Positions 1 to 9,672 of a DNA stretch of 46,174 nucleotides are shown piece by piece. A program made the position numbers and the translations under genes. The DNA comes from an uncultured Clostridia bacterium. GTDB lineage: Bacteria; Bacillota; Clostridia; Lachnospirales; Anaerotignaceae. The stretch is taken from assembly GCA_937919015.1 (NCBI GenBank), contig CALFPN010000014.1, positions 1-46,174 of the forward strand. The letters are read 5' to 3'. The notes beneath the pieces were generated by a model. It was not told the DNA's origin, did no database searches, and worked only from the letters and a program-made list of their open reading frames with translations. Within the stretch, counting starts at the first letter, position 1. The number at the start of each line of letters is the position of its first letter.

Positions 1-111
1 ATTCTACAATAAGAGGTCTTTTTTTGCTATTGTCCGATTTTACTGGTTCGGTTCATTACCACGCCTTTCTTTTATTTTAATGGTCGGTGCTCCTTCGTGT
101 GCCCTCCCGAC

Positions 112-135
112 AAAAAGCATCCTTCGGATGCTTTT
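112..135 (-). terminator. Intrinsic terminator after the second EamA gene
   Basis: AAAAGCATCC-TTC-GGATGCTTTT hairpin with A/T tails immediately beyond the stop at 138. Confidence 0.8.
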
Positions 136-137
136 CA

Positions 138-1016
138 TCACTTCTGTCCTTTCAAGTTAAACAATAACAGACCGCCAATGATAACTGCACCGCCAATAAA
201 TGTGCCCACACCAGGTACTTCTCTCAATAACAGAAAACTCATCGATGCAGACAAAAGCGGTGACAGGAACATGAAATTCGCTACCTCACTGGTCTTTTCC
301 GCATAGGCCATGGCTTTCCCCCAGAGGATGCAGCCCGCTGCATTGGAAATTACAGCAAGATACAGCAAGGAAAGAATATGAACCGGTTCTGCCGTAAAAG
401 TTTCTCTGAAACCATCTACCGCCCAGAAACTGAGCCAGAATGCCGCCGCGATCATGCTGAAACAAGTGATCTGGGCGGAAGTATAGCCCAGTGCCACCAG
501 CTTTCTTGTCAGGATATTATAGCCCGCCCAGGAAGCCGCGGAAAGCAACATCCAAAGCATTGCCGCATCGATAGTAAAAGTTCCCCCACTATCCCAAAGA
601 AGCAGGATCGCAACCCCCACAAAGGCAATCAAAATTGCCAGCCAGCTAATCACATTGATTTTTTCATGATAGACTCTTTCTGCAATGATCGCCGTCATGA
701 TGGGCGATGTGGCAACCAGAAGACTACAGGTGGCAGAAGGCAGTGTCTGCAGACCGATATTCATGGCAACCGTATAGATTACATACCCTAATGCCCCTGA
801 AGCAAGAAAAAGTGGAATATGTTTCTTTTTCGGCATCTGCATCCCATACATCCTGCCGACGATCAGCATCAGAAAACCGGCAATAAAACTGCGGATAAAG
901 GAAATTGGAATGGGTGTAAAATGAGTTTGGGCAATTTTCGTCAGCGGATAGGCCGATGCCCAAAGGAATATAGTAAACAGGCTGTATGCCACAACCTTCT
1001 TTTTTTGTTTTGTCAT
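138..1016 (-). CDS. EamA/DMT family transporter (paralog 2)
   Basis: 292 aa, about 10 hydrophobic helices, EamA motifs LWASAYP and ATSPIMTAIIA..EKI; purine-rich RBS upstream. Confidence 0.9.
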   Translation of the reverse strand: MTKQKKKVVAYSLFTIFLWASAYPLTKIAQTHFTPIPISFIRSFIAGFLMLIVGRMYGMQMPKKKHIPLFLASGALGYVIYTVAMNIGLQTLPSATCSLLVATSPIMTAIIAERVYHEKINVISWLAILIAFVGVAILLLWDSGGTFTIDAAMLWMLLSAASWAGYNILTRKLVALGYTSAQITCFSMIAAAFWLSFWAVDGFRETFTAEPVHILSLLYLAVISNAAGCILWGKAMAYAEKTSEVANFMFLSPLLSASMSFLLLREVPGVGTFIGGAVIIGGLLLFNLKGQK

Positions 1017-1084
1017 GCTTTCATCTCTTTTCTTCTTGATCCTTCCTCCAACAAGATACGCCTTTTCTCGTCAAAAAGCAATAG

Positions 1085-1110
1085 AAAAGGAGTCTTCCGA
1101 CTCCCTTTTT
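1085..1110 (-). terminator. Terminator between the two EamA paralogs
   Basis: GGAGTC-TTCC-GACTCC stem flanked by A and T runs, right after the stop at 1111. Confidence 0.7.
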
Positions 1111-1980
1111 TCATTTCCCTTTCAGGTTGAATACAACAATACTGATAATAATAATAGCACCGCCGATAAAGGTACCTGCATTGGGTACTTCTTTCAAAAT
1201 AATAAAACCCATGATCGTACTCAGTAAAGGCGTCACAAACATAAAATTTGTAACCTCGCTGGTTCTTTCTGCAAAGCTCATGGCCTTCCCCCACAGGAAA
1301 TATGCTGTGGCACTGGGAAATGCCCCCAGATAAATCAAGGCAACAATGTGGCTCATGCTTGCTCCGGAAAGCTGGCGGAAGCCTTCTCCTGCCCAGAAAC
1401 CCAGCAGAATGGCCCCACAGATCATGCTGTATGTAACAATTTCTAACGCATTATATCCCATAGCTCCCAGCCTTCTTGTCATGACATTATAGCCACAGAA
1501 CACCAGAGACGCACCTAATGTCCAGATCAGTCCAATATTGATAGAGAAAACGCCTTCCCACAACAGGAGAATCAGAACCCCAATAAAGGCAGAGCCAATA
1601 GCACACCAACCAACGGGTTTGATTTTTTCGTTATACAGTCTGGATGCTACTACTGCAGTCAGAATCGGTGTTACCGCAATGATGATACTGGATGTGGCAG
1701 AGGTCAGTGTCAAAATACCTGTATTGAATGTGATCATATACATGGTAAATCCAAGGCCACCGGATACAAAGAACAAAGGGATATGTTTCTTCTGCGGCAG
1801 CCTGATTTTTGCCAATTTACCAATGATCATCAGGAAAATAGCCGCTACAGAACATCTCAGAAAACCCAGAGGGATAGATGTGAACTGCTCCTGTGCCACT
1901 TTTGTCAGAGGAAAAGCAGACGCCCAAAGGAACACTGTCATAAACGCAAGACCAAATACTTTTTTCTTATTGCTAGTCAT
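1111..1980 (-). CDS. EamA/DMT family transporter (paralog 1)
   Basis: 289 aa, two EamA repeats, colinear with 138..1016 (KKHIPLF, SEV.NFMF..PLLS, FNLKG); AGGAGG RBS. Confidence 0.9.
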   Translation of the reverse strand: MTSNKKKVFGLAFMTVFLWASAFPLTKVAQEQFTSIPLGFLRCSVAAIFLMIIGKLAKIRLPQKKHIPLFFVSGGLGFTMYMITFNTGILTLTSATSSIIIAVTPILTAVVASRLYNEKIKPVGWCAIGSAFIGVLILLLWEGVFSINIGLIWTLGASLVFCGYNVMTRRLGAMGYNALEIVTYSMICGAILLGFWAGEGFRQLSGASMSHIVALIYLGAFPSATAYFLWGKAMSFAERTSEVTNFMFVTPLLSTIMGFIILKEVPNAGTFIGGAIIIISIVVFNLKGK

Positions 1981-2096
1981 TTTACTGCCTCCTAAAAAAC
2001 GATAGAAATTACTTAGGAAAAAGCGGAGGAAGGAAAAGAAAAAACATAAGAATCGAGCCGTGAGCCTTATGAAATAATCACTCCGCTTTCCTGTAC

Positions 2097-2125
2097 ATTA
2101 TAACATACGATTGTAAATAATGCAA
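2097..2125 (-). promoter_or_regulatory. SigA-type promoter of EamA paralog 1
   Basis: TTGCAT-17 nt-TATAAT with extended -10 TG on the minus strand. Confidence 0.7.
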
Positions 2126-2184
2126 TAACATTCGTTCGTTATATTTAACAGATATCAGCCTCAAATCCTACAAATCTGCAATAT

Positions 2185-2216
2185 AAAAAGCTCGGAAATC
2201 CATCGATTTCCGAGCT
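2185..2216 (-). terminator. tRNA terminator
   Basis: AGCTCGGAAATC-CATC-GATTTCCGAGCT 12-bp stem followed by a T run on the minus strand. Confidence 0.8.
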
Positions 2217-2219
2217 GGC

Positions 2220-2292
2220 AGCTGATAGCGGGACTCGAACCCGCGACCTATTGATTACGAATCAATTGCTCTACCAACTGAGCCATATCAGC
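2220..2292 (-). tRNA. tRNA-Thr (anticodon CGT)
   Basis: Minus strand GCTGATA-TGGCTCAGTTGGTAGAGC-AATTGATT[CGT]AATCAAT-AGGTCGCGGGTTCGAGTCCCGC-TATCAGC-T: full cloverleaf, T-loop GTTCGA, 7-bp acceptor stem. Confidence 0.97.
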
Positions 2293-2304
2293 TTAACAGA
2301 AAAT

Positions 2305-2333
2305 ATTATAATATACCCCACTGAAAAAAGCAA
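2305..2333 (-). promoter_or_regulatory. SigA-type promoter of tRNA-Thr
   Basis: TTGCTT-17 nt-TATAAT ending 12 nt upstream of the tRNA 5' end. Confidence 0.7.
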
Positions 2334-2380
2334 GATTTTTATGGAGAAAACCCTCCGACAAATCTATCTCCTATCCGCTC

Positions 2381-2409
2381 TTGCAGGAAAAGAGAAAAAT
2401 CATTATAAT
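2381..2409 (+). promoter_or_regulatory. SigA-type promoter of the DUF4317 gene
   Basis: TTGCAG-17 nt-TATAAT. Confidence 0.6.
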
Positions 2410-2448
2410 GTCTCTTGGAATGATTTTGACCAAAGAAAGGAACCGATC

Positions 2449-3678
2449 ATGAATAAAAAAGATATCCTTGAATTAAAACGTCGTCTAAAAAAAGATGGCT
2501 GCACCTTTACAAAAATGCGCGGCTGCTATGTAGACAGCCAGAAAAATATCGTATTACATATGAACGAAACCTTCCTGAATCTGGACGAGGAAGAATTTTA
2601 TAAATATCTGGAAATTGCAAAGAAAGCCCTTTCCGGCACCATCGGTAATAACCTTTTGGAACTTTCCTTCCTGAAGGAAGCGGCAGGTACAGAAGCCCAG
2701 AAATTCTTCTTAGGCCTGCGGGACAGCGGACTGAAATCCGATGGCCTTTTGGATGTCCTCTACGAACGCATCATCAAAGAATATGACCATGCAGGCAACT
2801 ACCTGATCCTTCTGTTCCATGATGCGTATGACGTTATGACAAAAACAACAGACAATAATAAGCTGGATGAATCGGAAGAAGTTTACGAATATATCCTCTG
2901 CGCCATCTGCCCTGTAGAACTGACAAAAGCAGGTCTGGGCTATCACAAGGAGAAAAACGTGATCGCCCCTCGTATCCGCGACTGGGTGGTTTCCGTACCA
3001 GAAACAGGGTTCCTCTTCCCTGCATTTTCCGACAGAAGCAGCGATGTAAATGCTATGGGATATTTTGTGAAGGATGCCAAAAAAGCGCAGCCGGATTTCA
3101 TGCGGGAAGCTCTGGGCTGCGAACCCAAGCGCACTGCCGCAGAAGAGAAAAAAGCCTTTCATGCCATTTTGAAGGAAGTCATTTCTACAGAAGTGGAAGA
3201 TGCAAAGGATATCATTCTGGATATTCAACAGGATCTGAGCGATATGGTAGACGAGCATAAAAATATCTTCGAAAACGAGCCTGTTCTTCTGACTTCTTCC
3301 TCTATCCGAGAAGCCATGACCGATAAAGGTCTTTCCGAAGACATCATCGCAAAGGTAGAAGAAATCTGTCAGGAAGAATTCGGCGATGCCCCTCCCCTTG
3401 CAGAAAATCTGATTGATAATAAGGCTTTAAACGCCCGCGCAGCCCAGAAAAAGGCGGAAGTGCTGGCATTAGAAGTGGAAACACTGAAACAAAAACTGGA
3501 AGAAAAAGAAGCTCCTGCAGAAATTTCGGAAAAGGAGATCATTCTGCAGGTTTCTCCCGAAAAGTTGCCTGCCATCAAAACAGAGATCATCGACGGCAAA
3601 AAATGCATCATCATTCCTCTGGAAGAAGATGAACGCGCAACCATCAACGGCAGCGAACTGAAAGATGCACTTTTCTAA
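2449..3678 (+). CDS. DUF4317 family protein
   Basis: Start moved to ATG 2449 (AGAAAGGA RBS; the longer ORF overlaps the tRNA). MNKKDILELKRR...GCYVD...ESEEVYEYILCAICPV...GFLFPAF.DR is typical of Clostridial DUF4317. Confidence 0.8.
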   Translation: MNKKDILELKRRLKKDGCTFTKMRGCYVDSQKNIVLHMNETFLNLDEEEFYKYLEIAKKALSGTIGNNLLELSFLKEAAGTEAQKFFLGLRDSGLKSDGLLDVLYERIIKEYDHAGNYLILLFHDAYDVMTKTTDNNKLDESEEVYEYILCAICPVELTKAGLGYHKEKNVIAPRIRDWVVSVPETGFLFPAFSDRSSDVNAMGYFVKDAKKAQPDFMREALGCEPKRTAAEEKKAFHAILKEVISTEVEDAKDIILDIQQDLSDMVDEHKNIFENEPVLLTSSSIREAMTDKGLSEDIIAKVEEICQEEFGDAPPLAENLIDNKALNARAAQKKAEVLALEVETLKQKLEEKEAPAEISEKEIILQVSPEKLPAIKTEIIDGKKCIIIPLEEDERATINGSELKDALF

Positions 3679-3681
3679 CAG

Positions 3682-3709
3682 AAAAGCCCCCAAGAGGGGG
3701 CTTATTTTT
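3682..3709. terminator. Bidirectional terminator
   Basis: AAGCCCCC-AAGA-GGGGGCTT between convergent genes. Confidence 0.8.
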
Positions 3710-4307
3710 ATGCTTTTGTATAGGGTGCCAGTTCCAGACGGATAAAATATCCTTTATCGTGCTGACAGACAGGACACTGTTCCGGTGCATTTTTTCCTTC
3801 AAACACAAAACCGCAGTTCAGGCACATCCATTTACATTCCACATCGCTGATGAACAGCTTATTCTGCTCCAGCAGATCTGCCAGTTCCCCAAAGCGGTCG
3901 CCATGGATTTTTTCAATATTGGCAATATGATGGAAGGATGCAGCCACCTTCGGGAAACCTTCCTCCATGGCTTTGTCCCCAAAGGTTTTATAAACAGGCT
4001 CATATTCTTCATATTCATTGTGCTGAGCTGCCCGCAGCACTTCCAGTACCGTTTCGTAAATATCCACGGGATAACTGCCATCGATATGCACGTTCTCCCC
4101 TGCCAGTTCCTTCAGGTGCTTATAAAAAATCTCTGCATGCTCCTGCTCCTGACCGGCGGTAAATTTGAACACTGCCTCAATCACATGCAGTTTCTGTTCC
4201 TTTGCCTGCTCTGCCGCAAAGGTATAACGGTTTCTTGCCTGGCTTTCTCCCGCAAAGGCCCGCATCAGATTTTCCTTTGTTTCACTGTTTTTAAAATCCA
4301 TGTTCAT
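3708..4307 (-). CDS. rbr: Rubrerythrin
   Basis: AFAGESQARNRY, QEQEHA, EKIH diiron ligands; C-terminal rubredoxin-like CxxC...CPVC; AAGGAGG RBS. Confidence 0.93.
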   Translation of the reverse strand: MNMDFKNSETKENLMRAFAGESQARNRYTFAAEQAKEQKLHVIEAVFKFTAGQEQEHAEIFYKHLKELAGENVHIDGSYPVDIYETVLEVLRAAQHNEYEEYEPVYKTFGDKAMEEGFPKVAASFHHIANIEKIHGDRFGELADLLEQNKLFISDVECKWMCLNCGFVFEGKNAPEQCPVCQHDKGYFIRLELAPYTKA

Positions 4308-4321
4308 TCCTCCTTTTTTGT

Positions 4322-4350
4322 TAGTATGGTCAATACTGGAATTTTTATAC
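4322..4350 (-). promoter_or_regulatory. SigG-type (forespore) promoter of rubrerythrin
   Basis: GTATA-17 nt-CATACTA on the minus strand; fits the SigG consensus GHATR...CATACTA. Confidence 0.65.
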
Positions 4351-6351
4351 GCTCAGGATCTGCTTCAGTCCCTCGATGGTGCGCTGCGCTTCAAAACAGG
4401 TTGCCCCTTTGCAAAGATAGTATACCTCCCCTTTTTCCGGAATCGGATACCCTGCTGTAAAAGGAGAAATCTTCTCCATCTTCTCTGCATTCTCTCTATT
4501 TTTGAGCAGTACCGTTATTCCCCTTTCTTTTTCTTTCCGCAAAAAATTTCGGAATGCGCCCGAAGGCTGTTTTTCCGCAGAAACGCAAACCAGCTCCATA
4601 GTCGGATAAACCACTTCCGCCATGGCATATAGCCCAAAGCAATGGGCGGAGGGCATATTCCTTGCTGCACTGGCCAGAAAAGCCAGCTGCCTGTCCCTTG
4701 CTTCCAGCCATTTTTCTTCCCCTGTCAGGGCTGCCATCTTTGCAAAAATATATCCGGCGACTGCATTTCCTGAAGGCATTGCACCGTCATAGGTTTCTTT
4801 CGGCCTTTGGATCAACTGTTCTGCATCCTTTGCATAAAGACAAAGCCCGTCCCCTTTATCGCCAAACCACTCCAACATCTGTTCTGCAAGCTGCTGTGCT
4901 TTTTGCAAATATGTCACTGCAAAGGTTCCTTGATATAATTCCAGTAACCCCAAAGCAAGAAAGGCATAATCATCCAGCTGCCCCATATGGGCCGCTTCTC
5001 CATCCCGATATCGCAAAAGAAGCCGCCCATCCGCATCTATCAACCTTTCCTCCAGAAACGCCGCCGCCTGTTCTGCCGCAGACGTATAGGCAGTATTCTC
5101 CAAAAGAAATCCCGCTTTTGCAAAAGCAGCGATCATCAGACCATTCCATGCCGTCAAGATCTTATCATCCTTATGCAACGTTGTTCGTTTTTTCCGATAT
5201 GCGTAAACTTTTCCGCAAAGTTCTTTTATTTTTTCCGGTCTGATTTCTGCTTCTTCCCCCAAGCGATTGGGAATCGAGCCGCCTTCGAAATTTCCATACT
5301 CCATGATATGAAAATAACGACAAAATTCTTCTGCGTCTTCCGCAAGGACATCCTTTATTTCCTGGGGCCGCAAAACATAATATTTTCCTTCTGCACCCTC
5401 GCTGTCTGCATCCTGCCCGCAAAAGAACCCACCATCTGTGTCTGTTAACTCCCGCATCACATAATCCAGTGTCTCTTCTGCAATTTCCTTATAAAATTCC
5501 TTTCCTGTCTGCAGATATCCTTCCAAATATGCATAAGCCAAAAGTCCGTTATCATACAGCATTTTTTCAAAATGAGGCACCAGCCACTTTTCATCGGTGG
5601 AATAACGGGAAAATCCACCGCCGATCTGATCAAAGATCCCCCCCTGTGCCATGGCATCCAAAGTCTTTTCCACTGCAGAGACGGCAATGGCATTTCCTTC
5701 CGCTTTCCCGTAGCGCAGCAAAAAGAACAGATTATGGGGGGTTGGAAATTTAGGTGCAGTGCCGAAGCCACCCCATTCCCGATCAAACCGCTGCAGCAAT
5801 TCCGCCGCCCCTTGCTCCAGCAATACTGCTGTTGGCGCAGCCAATTCCTCTGTCGATTCCTTCTGCAGGAAGCTTGCGATTTTCTCTCCCGTTTCCAAAA
5901 GTTTTTTCCGGTCTGTCTTCCAAAGCTTTTCTACCTGTGCCAATAATTCCATCAGCCCCGGCATTCCGTATTGGCTCCATTTGGGAAAATATGTCCCTGC
6001 GAAGAAGGGCTTTTGCTCCGCCGTCATCAAAATAGTCAAAGGCCAGCCTCCGCTGCCTGTCATCATCTGACAAACGCCCATATAAACAGCATCGATATCG
6101 GGTCGCTCCTCTCTGTCCACTTTGATACAAATAAAGCTGCGATGCAAAACCTCCGCCACTTCCGCATCCTCAAAGGATTCATGAGCCATCACATGACACC
6201 AGTGACAGGTGGAATAGCCAATGCTCAAAAAAATCGGTTTATCCTCCTTTTTTGCTCTTGCGAAGGCTTCCTCCCCCCATGGATACCAATCCACGGGGTT
6301 CTCCCGATGCTGTAACAGATACGGGGATTTTTCATATTGCAAATGATTCAT
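4345..6351 (-). CDS. YyaL/SPATA20-like thioredoxin-domain protein (DUF255 plus six-hairpin glycosidase-like domain)
   Basis: Start moved to ATG 6351 (GGAGG RBS). [54 protein letters not shown]. Confidence 0.9.
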   Translation of the reverse strand: MNHLQYEKSPYLLQHRENPVDWYPWGEEAFARAKKEDKPIFLSIGYSTCHWCHVMAHESFEDAEVAEVLHRSFICIKVDREERPDIDAVYMGVCQMMTGSGGWPLTILMTAEQKPFFAGTYFPKWSQYGMPGLMELLAQVEKLWKTDRKKLLETGEKIASFLQKESTEELAAPTAVLLEQGAAELLQRFDREWGGFGTAPKFPTPHNLFFLLRYGKAEGNAIAVSAVEKTLDAMAQGGIFDQIGGGFSRYSTDEKWLVPHFEKMLYDNGLLAYAYLEGYLQTGKEFYKEIAEETLDYVMRELTDTDGGFFCGQDADSEGAEGKYYVLRPQEIKDVLAEDAEEFCRYFHIMEYGNFEGGSIPNRLGEEAEIRPEKIKELCGKVYAYRKKRTTLHKDDKILTAWNGLMIAAFAKAGFLLENTAYTSAAEQAAAFLEERLIDADGRLLLRYRDGEAAHMGQLDDYAFLALGLLELYQGTFAVTYLQKAQQLAEQMLEWFGDKGDGLCLYAKDAEQLIQRPKETYDGAMPSGNAVAGYIFAKMAALTGEEKWLEARDRQLAFLASAARNMPSAHCFGLYAMAEVVYPTMELVCVSAEKQPSGAFRNFLRKEKERGITVLLKNRENAEKMEKISPFTAGYPIPEKGEVYYLCKGATCFEAQRTIEGLKQILSV

Positions 6352-6471
6352 TTGATATCCTCCTCTCCTTTTTGCTAGTTTCCTTCGAAATCCTCTTTTC
6401 ATTCCTGCATTTTCCACACAAAAAACAAAAAATTCCTGACATGTTAAGAAAAAACACATCAGGAGGTAGCT

Positions 6472-7923
6472 ATGGAATCCATCTGGACAAAAACCTGCAG
6501 TATTCCCAAACGAGAACAGCTGCAGAAGGATAAAAAAACAGAAGTGGTCGTGATCGGCGCAGGCATGGCAGGTATCCTGATCGCCTATCAGCTGCAGAAA
6601 GCAGGCAAAAAGGTGATCGTTTTGGAAGCAAACCGCATTGCCAGCGGACAGACCAAAAACACCACCGCAAAGATCACTTCTCAGCACAATTTAAAATACG
6701 CCGCATTGATTTCCTCTCAGGGAGAAGATAAAGCACGGCAATATGCTATGGCAAATGAAGCGGCCATCGAAGAATATCGCCGTATCATCACAGAAGAAAA
6801 GATCCCCTGCGATTTTCAGGAAACCGCCGCCTTTGTTTATGCTCAGGACAAATCAAAACTGATGGCCGAGGCAGAAGCTGCCGCATCTTTGGGTATCTCC
6901 GCCTCCTTTCAAAGCCATGCAAAGGCACCTTTCGGGATTTCTCCTGCGCTTCGCTTCGATGGACAGGCGCAGTTTCATCCCTTGAAATTCATCAAGCATC
7001 TGGCAGAACAGCTGGAAATTTACGAAAAAACGCCAGTACAAACCGTAGATGCACACACATTACACACACCAAGAGCTAAGGTAACCGCGGAACATATCGT
7101 TTTCGCCACCCACTATCCCTTTGTGAATTTTCCCGGACTATATTTTGCCCGCATGCATCAGGAACGTTCCTACGTACTGGCCTTGGAAGACGCCCCTCTG
7201 GCGGACGGTATGTTTATTGGAGATGAAGAAAACAACTACTCCTTTCGTATTTATGACAAGTATTTCCTTTTCGGCGGTGCGGGTCATCGTACCGGAGATA
7301 ACCGCGAAGGCGGCAGATATGATGCATTAAGGCAAAAGGCAATGGAACTGTTTCCAAATGCCAAAGAAGCTGCCCATTGGTCTGCCCAGGACTGTATGCC
7401 CGTTGACGGCATCCCTTATATTGGACAATACGCCTCTGGAAAGCCCGATTGGTATGTTGCTACAGGTTTTCAAAAATGGGGCATGACCACTTCTATGGTT
7501 TCCGCCCTGCTGATTCGGGATATGATCTGTGGAAAGGAAAATCCTTATGCTGCCGTTTTTGACCCTCAACGCTTTTCTATGGAAGCTGCGGAAGGTATTG
7601 CCTGTGAAATGAAGGAAGCCACCAAAACTTTGGCAAAACGATTCTTCAAGCTTCCGGAAACAACAGAAAATGAACTGCCTGCCGGACATGGCGGTGTTGT
7701 TGAAGTGGACGGAGAAAAAATCGGCGTATACAAAGAGGAGGATGGCACCATCCATATGGTAAATATCCGCTGTCCTCATCTTGGCTGTCAGCTGGAGTGG
7801 AATCCCGATGAAAAAAGCTGGGATTGCCCTTGCCATGGCTCTCGTTTTGATTTCCGCGGACATATTATCAATAATCCCGCTCAGGAAGGCATCTCTCTAA
7901 ATAAAGAAAGGCCCCTGCCATAA
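6472..7923 (+). CDS. FAD-dependent oxidoreductase with C-terminal Rieske 2Fe-2S domain (YhfW-like)
   Basis: VIGAGMAG dinucleotide motif; CPHLGC...[11 protein letters not shown]ieske ligands; AGGAGG RBS. Confidence 0.9.
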   Translation: MESIWTKTCSIPKREQLQKDKKTEVVVIGAGMAGILIAYQLQKAGKKVIVLEANRIASGQTKNTTAKITSQHNLKYAALISSQGEDKARQYAMANEAAIEEYRRIITEEKIPCDFQETAAFVYAQDKSKLMAEAEAAASLGISASFQSHAKAPFGISPALRFDGQAQFHPLKFIKHLAEQLEIYEKTPVQTVDAHTLHTPRAKVTAEHIVFATHYPFVNFPGLYFARMHQERSYVLALEDAPLADGMFIGDEENNYSFRIYDKYFLFGGAGHRTGDNREGGRYDALRQKAMELFPNAKEAAHWSAQDCMPVDGIPYIGQYASGKPDWYVATGFQKWGMTTSMVSALLIRDMICGKENPYAAVFDPQRFSMEAAEGIACEMKEATKTLAKRFFKLPETTENELPAGHGGVVEVDGEKIGVYKEEDGTIHMVNIRCPHLGCQLEWNPDEKSWDCPCHGSRFDFRGHIINNPAQEGISLNKERPLP

Positions 7924-7940
7924 GGCAGGAGCCATTTTTT
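7910..7940 (+). terminator. Terminator between convergent genes
   Basis: GGCCCCTGCC-ATAA-GGCAGGAGCC followed by a T run. Confidence 0.7.
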
Positions 7941-7976
7941 ATGTATGAAATTCAGAAATCAGGTTCTCTCTAAAGA

Positions 7977-9557
7977 TTAGCCCAGTTTCATTTCTTTCAG
8001 ACCCATCAGTTCGGGAGTGAACAGGGATGCGGGCATCAGTTTGATTTCGCCGTTTTCGTCTCTGTCAACGATAGGAGCAAATTCCATCTGATCCAGAATC
8101 TGTGTCTGCAGATCGATACCAGGAGCGATTTCTGTCAGGTGCAGGCCGTCTTCTTTCAGAACGAATACGCATCTTTCTGTCATATACATAACCTGCTGAC
8201 CACGTTCGTTAGCAACGTCGCCGTTGAATGTGATCTGTTCAACAGTTTTTACGAATTTTTTCTGTTTACCTTCCTGAACAATTACAACTTTACCGTCTTC
8301 CACTTTTACTTTCAGACCACCTGCTGTAAATGTACCACAGAAGAATACTTTAGGTGTGCACTGTGTGATATTGATGAAACCACCGCAACCAGCGATACGA
8401 GGACCAAATCTGGAAACGTTGATGTTACCTTTAGGGTCACATTCAGCCAGACCCAGATAGCACAGATCCAGACCGCCGCCATCATAGAAGTCGAACTGGT
8501 AACCCTGATCCAGCAGTGCGTCTGCGTTGTAAGCAGCACCGAATCTGATACCGCCAGCGGGTACGCCGCCAACAGCGCCGCCTTCTACTGTCAGTGTCAT
8601 GAAGTCGCCAATGCCTTCTTCGTTTGCTACGGAAGCAACATATTCAGGAGCACCTACGCCCAGGTTAACTGCAACGTCTTTTTCCAGTTCCAGCGCACCA
8701 CGACGACCGATGATTTTCTTAGCGTCCAGAGGCAGGGGAGCGGGAGCAACGTCAGGATTTCTCATTTCACCGGACAGAGCGGGATCGTATTCACAATCCA
8801 GTGTCTGCTGATGATCTTTGGAATCAGCAACTACAACGTAGTCAACATAGATACCGGGAACTTTAACCAGACGAGGATCCAGTGTACCAGCTTTCACAAC
8901 TTTTTCTACCTGAACGATAACGATACCGCCGCTGTTTTTAACAGCCTGACATACGGATGTACCTTCCAGAGGAGAAACTTCTTTTTCAAAGGAGATGTTA
9001 CCAGCTTCGTCAGCGTATGTACCTCTGATCATAGCTACATTGATGGGGAAAGAAGGATAGAACAGATAGTCTTCACCTTCAAAGTTAACCAGCTTAATGT
9101 AGTCTTCTGTTGTTTTTGCGTTTACTTTACCGCCGCCATTTCTGGGGTCGATAAATGTACCCATACCAACTTTTGTCAGGTAACCGGGTCTATGACCAGC
9201 GATTTCTCTAAACAGGTGGCACAGAGCACCCTGAGATACGTTGTAAGCTTCAATTTTGTTATCCAGAGCCAGTTTCTGCATAGCGGGGATTGTTGCCCAG
9301 TGACCAGCCATGAATCTTTTCAGCAGACCTTCGTGTGCAAAGTGTTCAGCACCACGACCGTCTTTGTTACCCTGAGAACCGCAGTATACATAGAACAGAT
9401 CTCTGGGTTCGCCTGTTGCCAGGAATCTTTCTTCAACAGCTCTGTCCAGAGCTTCGGGGATACAGCTTGCTACGAAACCACTTGTTGTAACTGTGTCGCC
9501 ATTTTTAATCAGCGCAGCAGCTTCAGCAGCAGTAATAATTTTTACCTGTCTAGCCAT
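7977..9557 (-). CDS. pct: Propionate CoA-transferase
   Basis: Family I CoA-transferase closely resembling C. propionicum Pct (PEALDRAVE, GSQGN.DGRGAEHFAHEGLLKR, catalytic Glu in TVEGG, GCGGFINITQ); last gene of the lcd operon. Confidence 0.93.
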   Translation of the reverse strand: MARQVKIITAAEAAALIKNGDTVTTSGFVASCIPEALDRAVEERFLATGEPRDLFYVYCGSQGNKDGRGAEHFAHEGLLKRFMAGHWATIPAMQKLALDNKIEAYNVSQGALCHLFREIAGHRPGYLTKVGMGTFIDPRNGGGKVNAKTTEDYIKLVNFEGEDYLFYPSFPINVAMIRGTYADEAGNISFEKEVSPLEGTSVCQAVKNSGGIVIVQVEKVVKAGTLDPRLVKVPGIYVDYVVVADSKDHQQTLDCEYDPALSGEMRNPDVAPAPLPLDAKKIIGRRGALELEKDVAVNLGVGAPEYVASVANEEGIGDFMTLTVEGGAVGGVPAGGIRFGAAYNADALLDQGYQFDFYDGGGLDLCYLGLAECDPKGNINVSRFGPRIAGCGGFINITQCTPKVFFCGTFTAGGLKVKVEDGKVVIVQEGKQKKFVKTVEQITFNGDVANERGQQVMYMTERCVFVLKEDGLHLTEIAPGIDLQTQILDQMEFAPIVDRDENGEIKLMPASLFTPELMGLKEMKLG

Positions 9558-9672
9558 TATGTTAGACCTCCTATAAAAATTTTTTGTTTTGCTTCACAAT
9601 ATTAGAAGAACAGGGGTAGTCTCCTACCCCCGTTAAATTACATTTCCATCAAAGTAAATGCGGTAGGAAAAA

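Noticed and set aside
25..111. GTCGG...CCGAC hairpin and a 9-codon ORF on the minus strand at the window start
   Set aside because: No recognisable riboswitch consensus, too short, and the context is cut by the window edge
2220..2292. tRNA as the attachment site of an integrated element
   Set aside because: No integrase and no duplicated tRNA 3' end seen in the window
2251..2448. N-terminal extension of the DUF4317 ORF
   Set aside because: Overlaps the tRNA and two promoters; the RBS-supported start is 2449
6352..6687. N-terminal extension of the YyaL-like ORF
   Set aside because: Overlaps the divergent oxidoreductase; family similarity and the RBS begin at 6351
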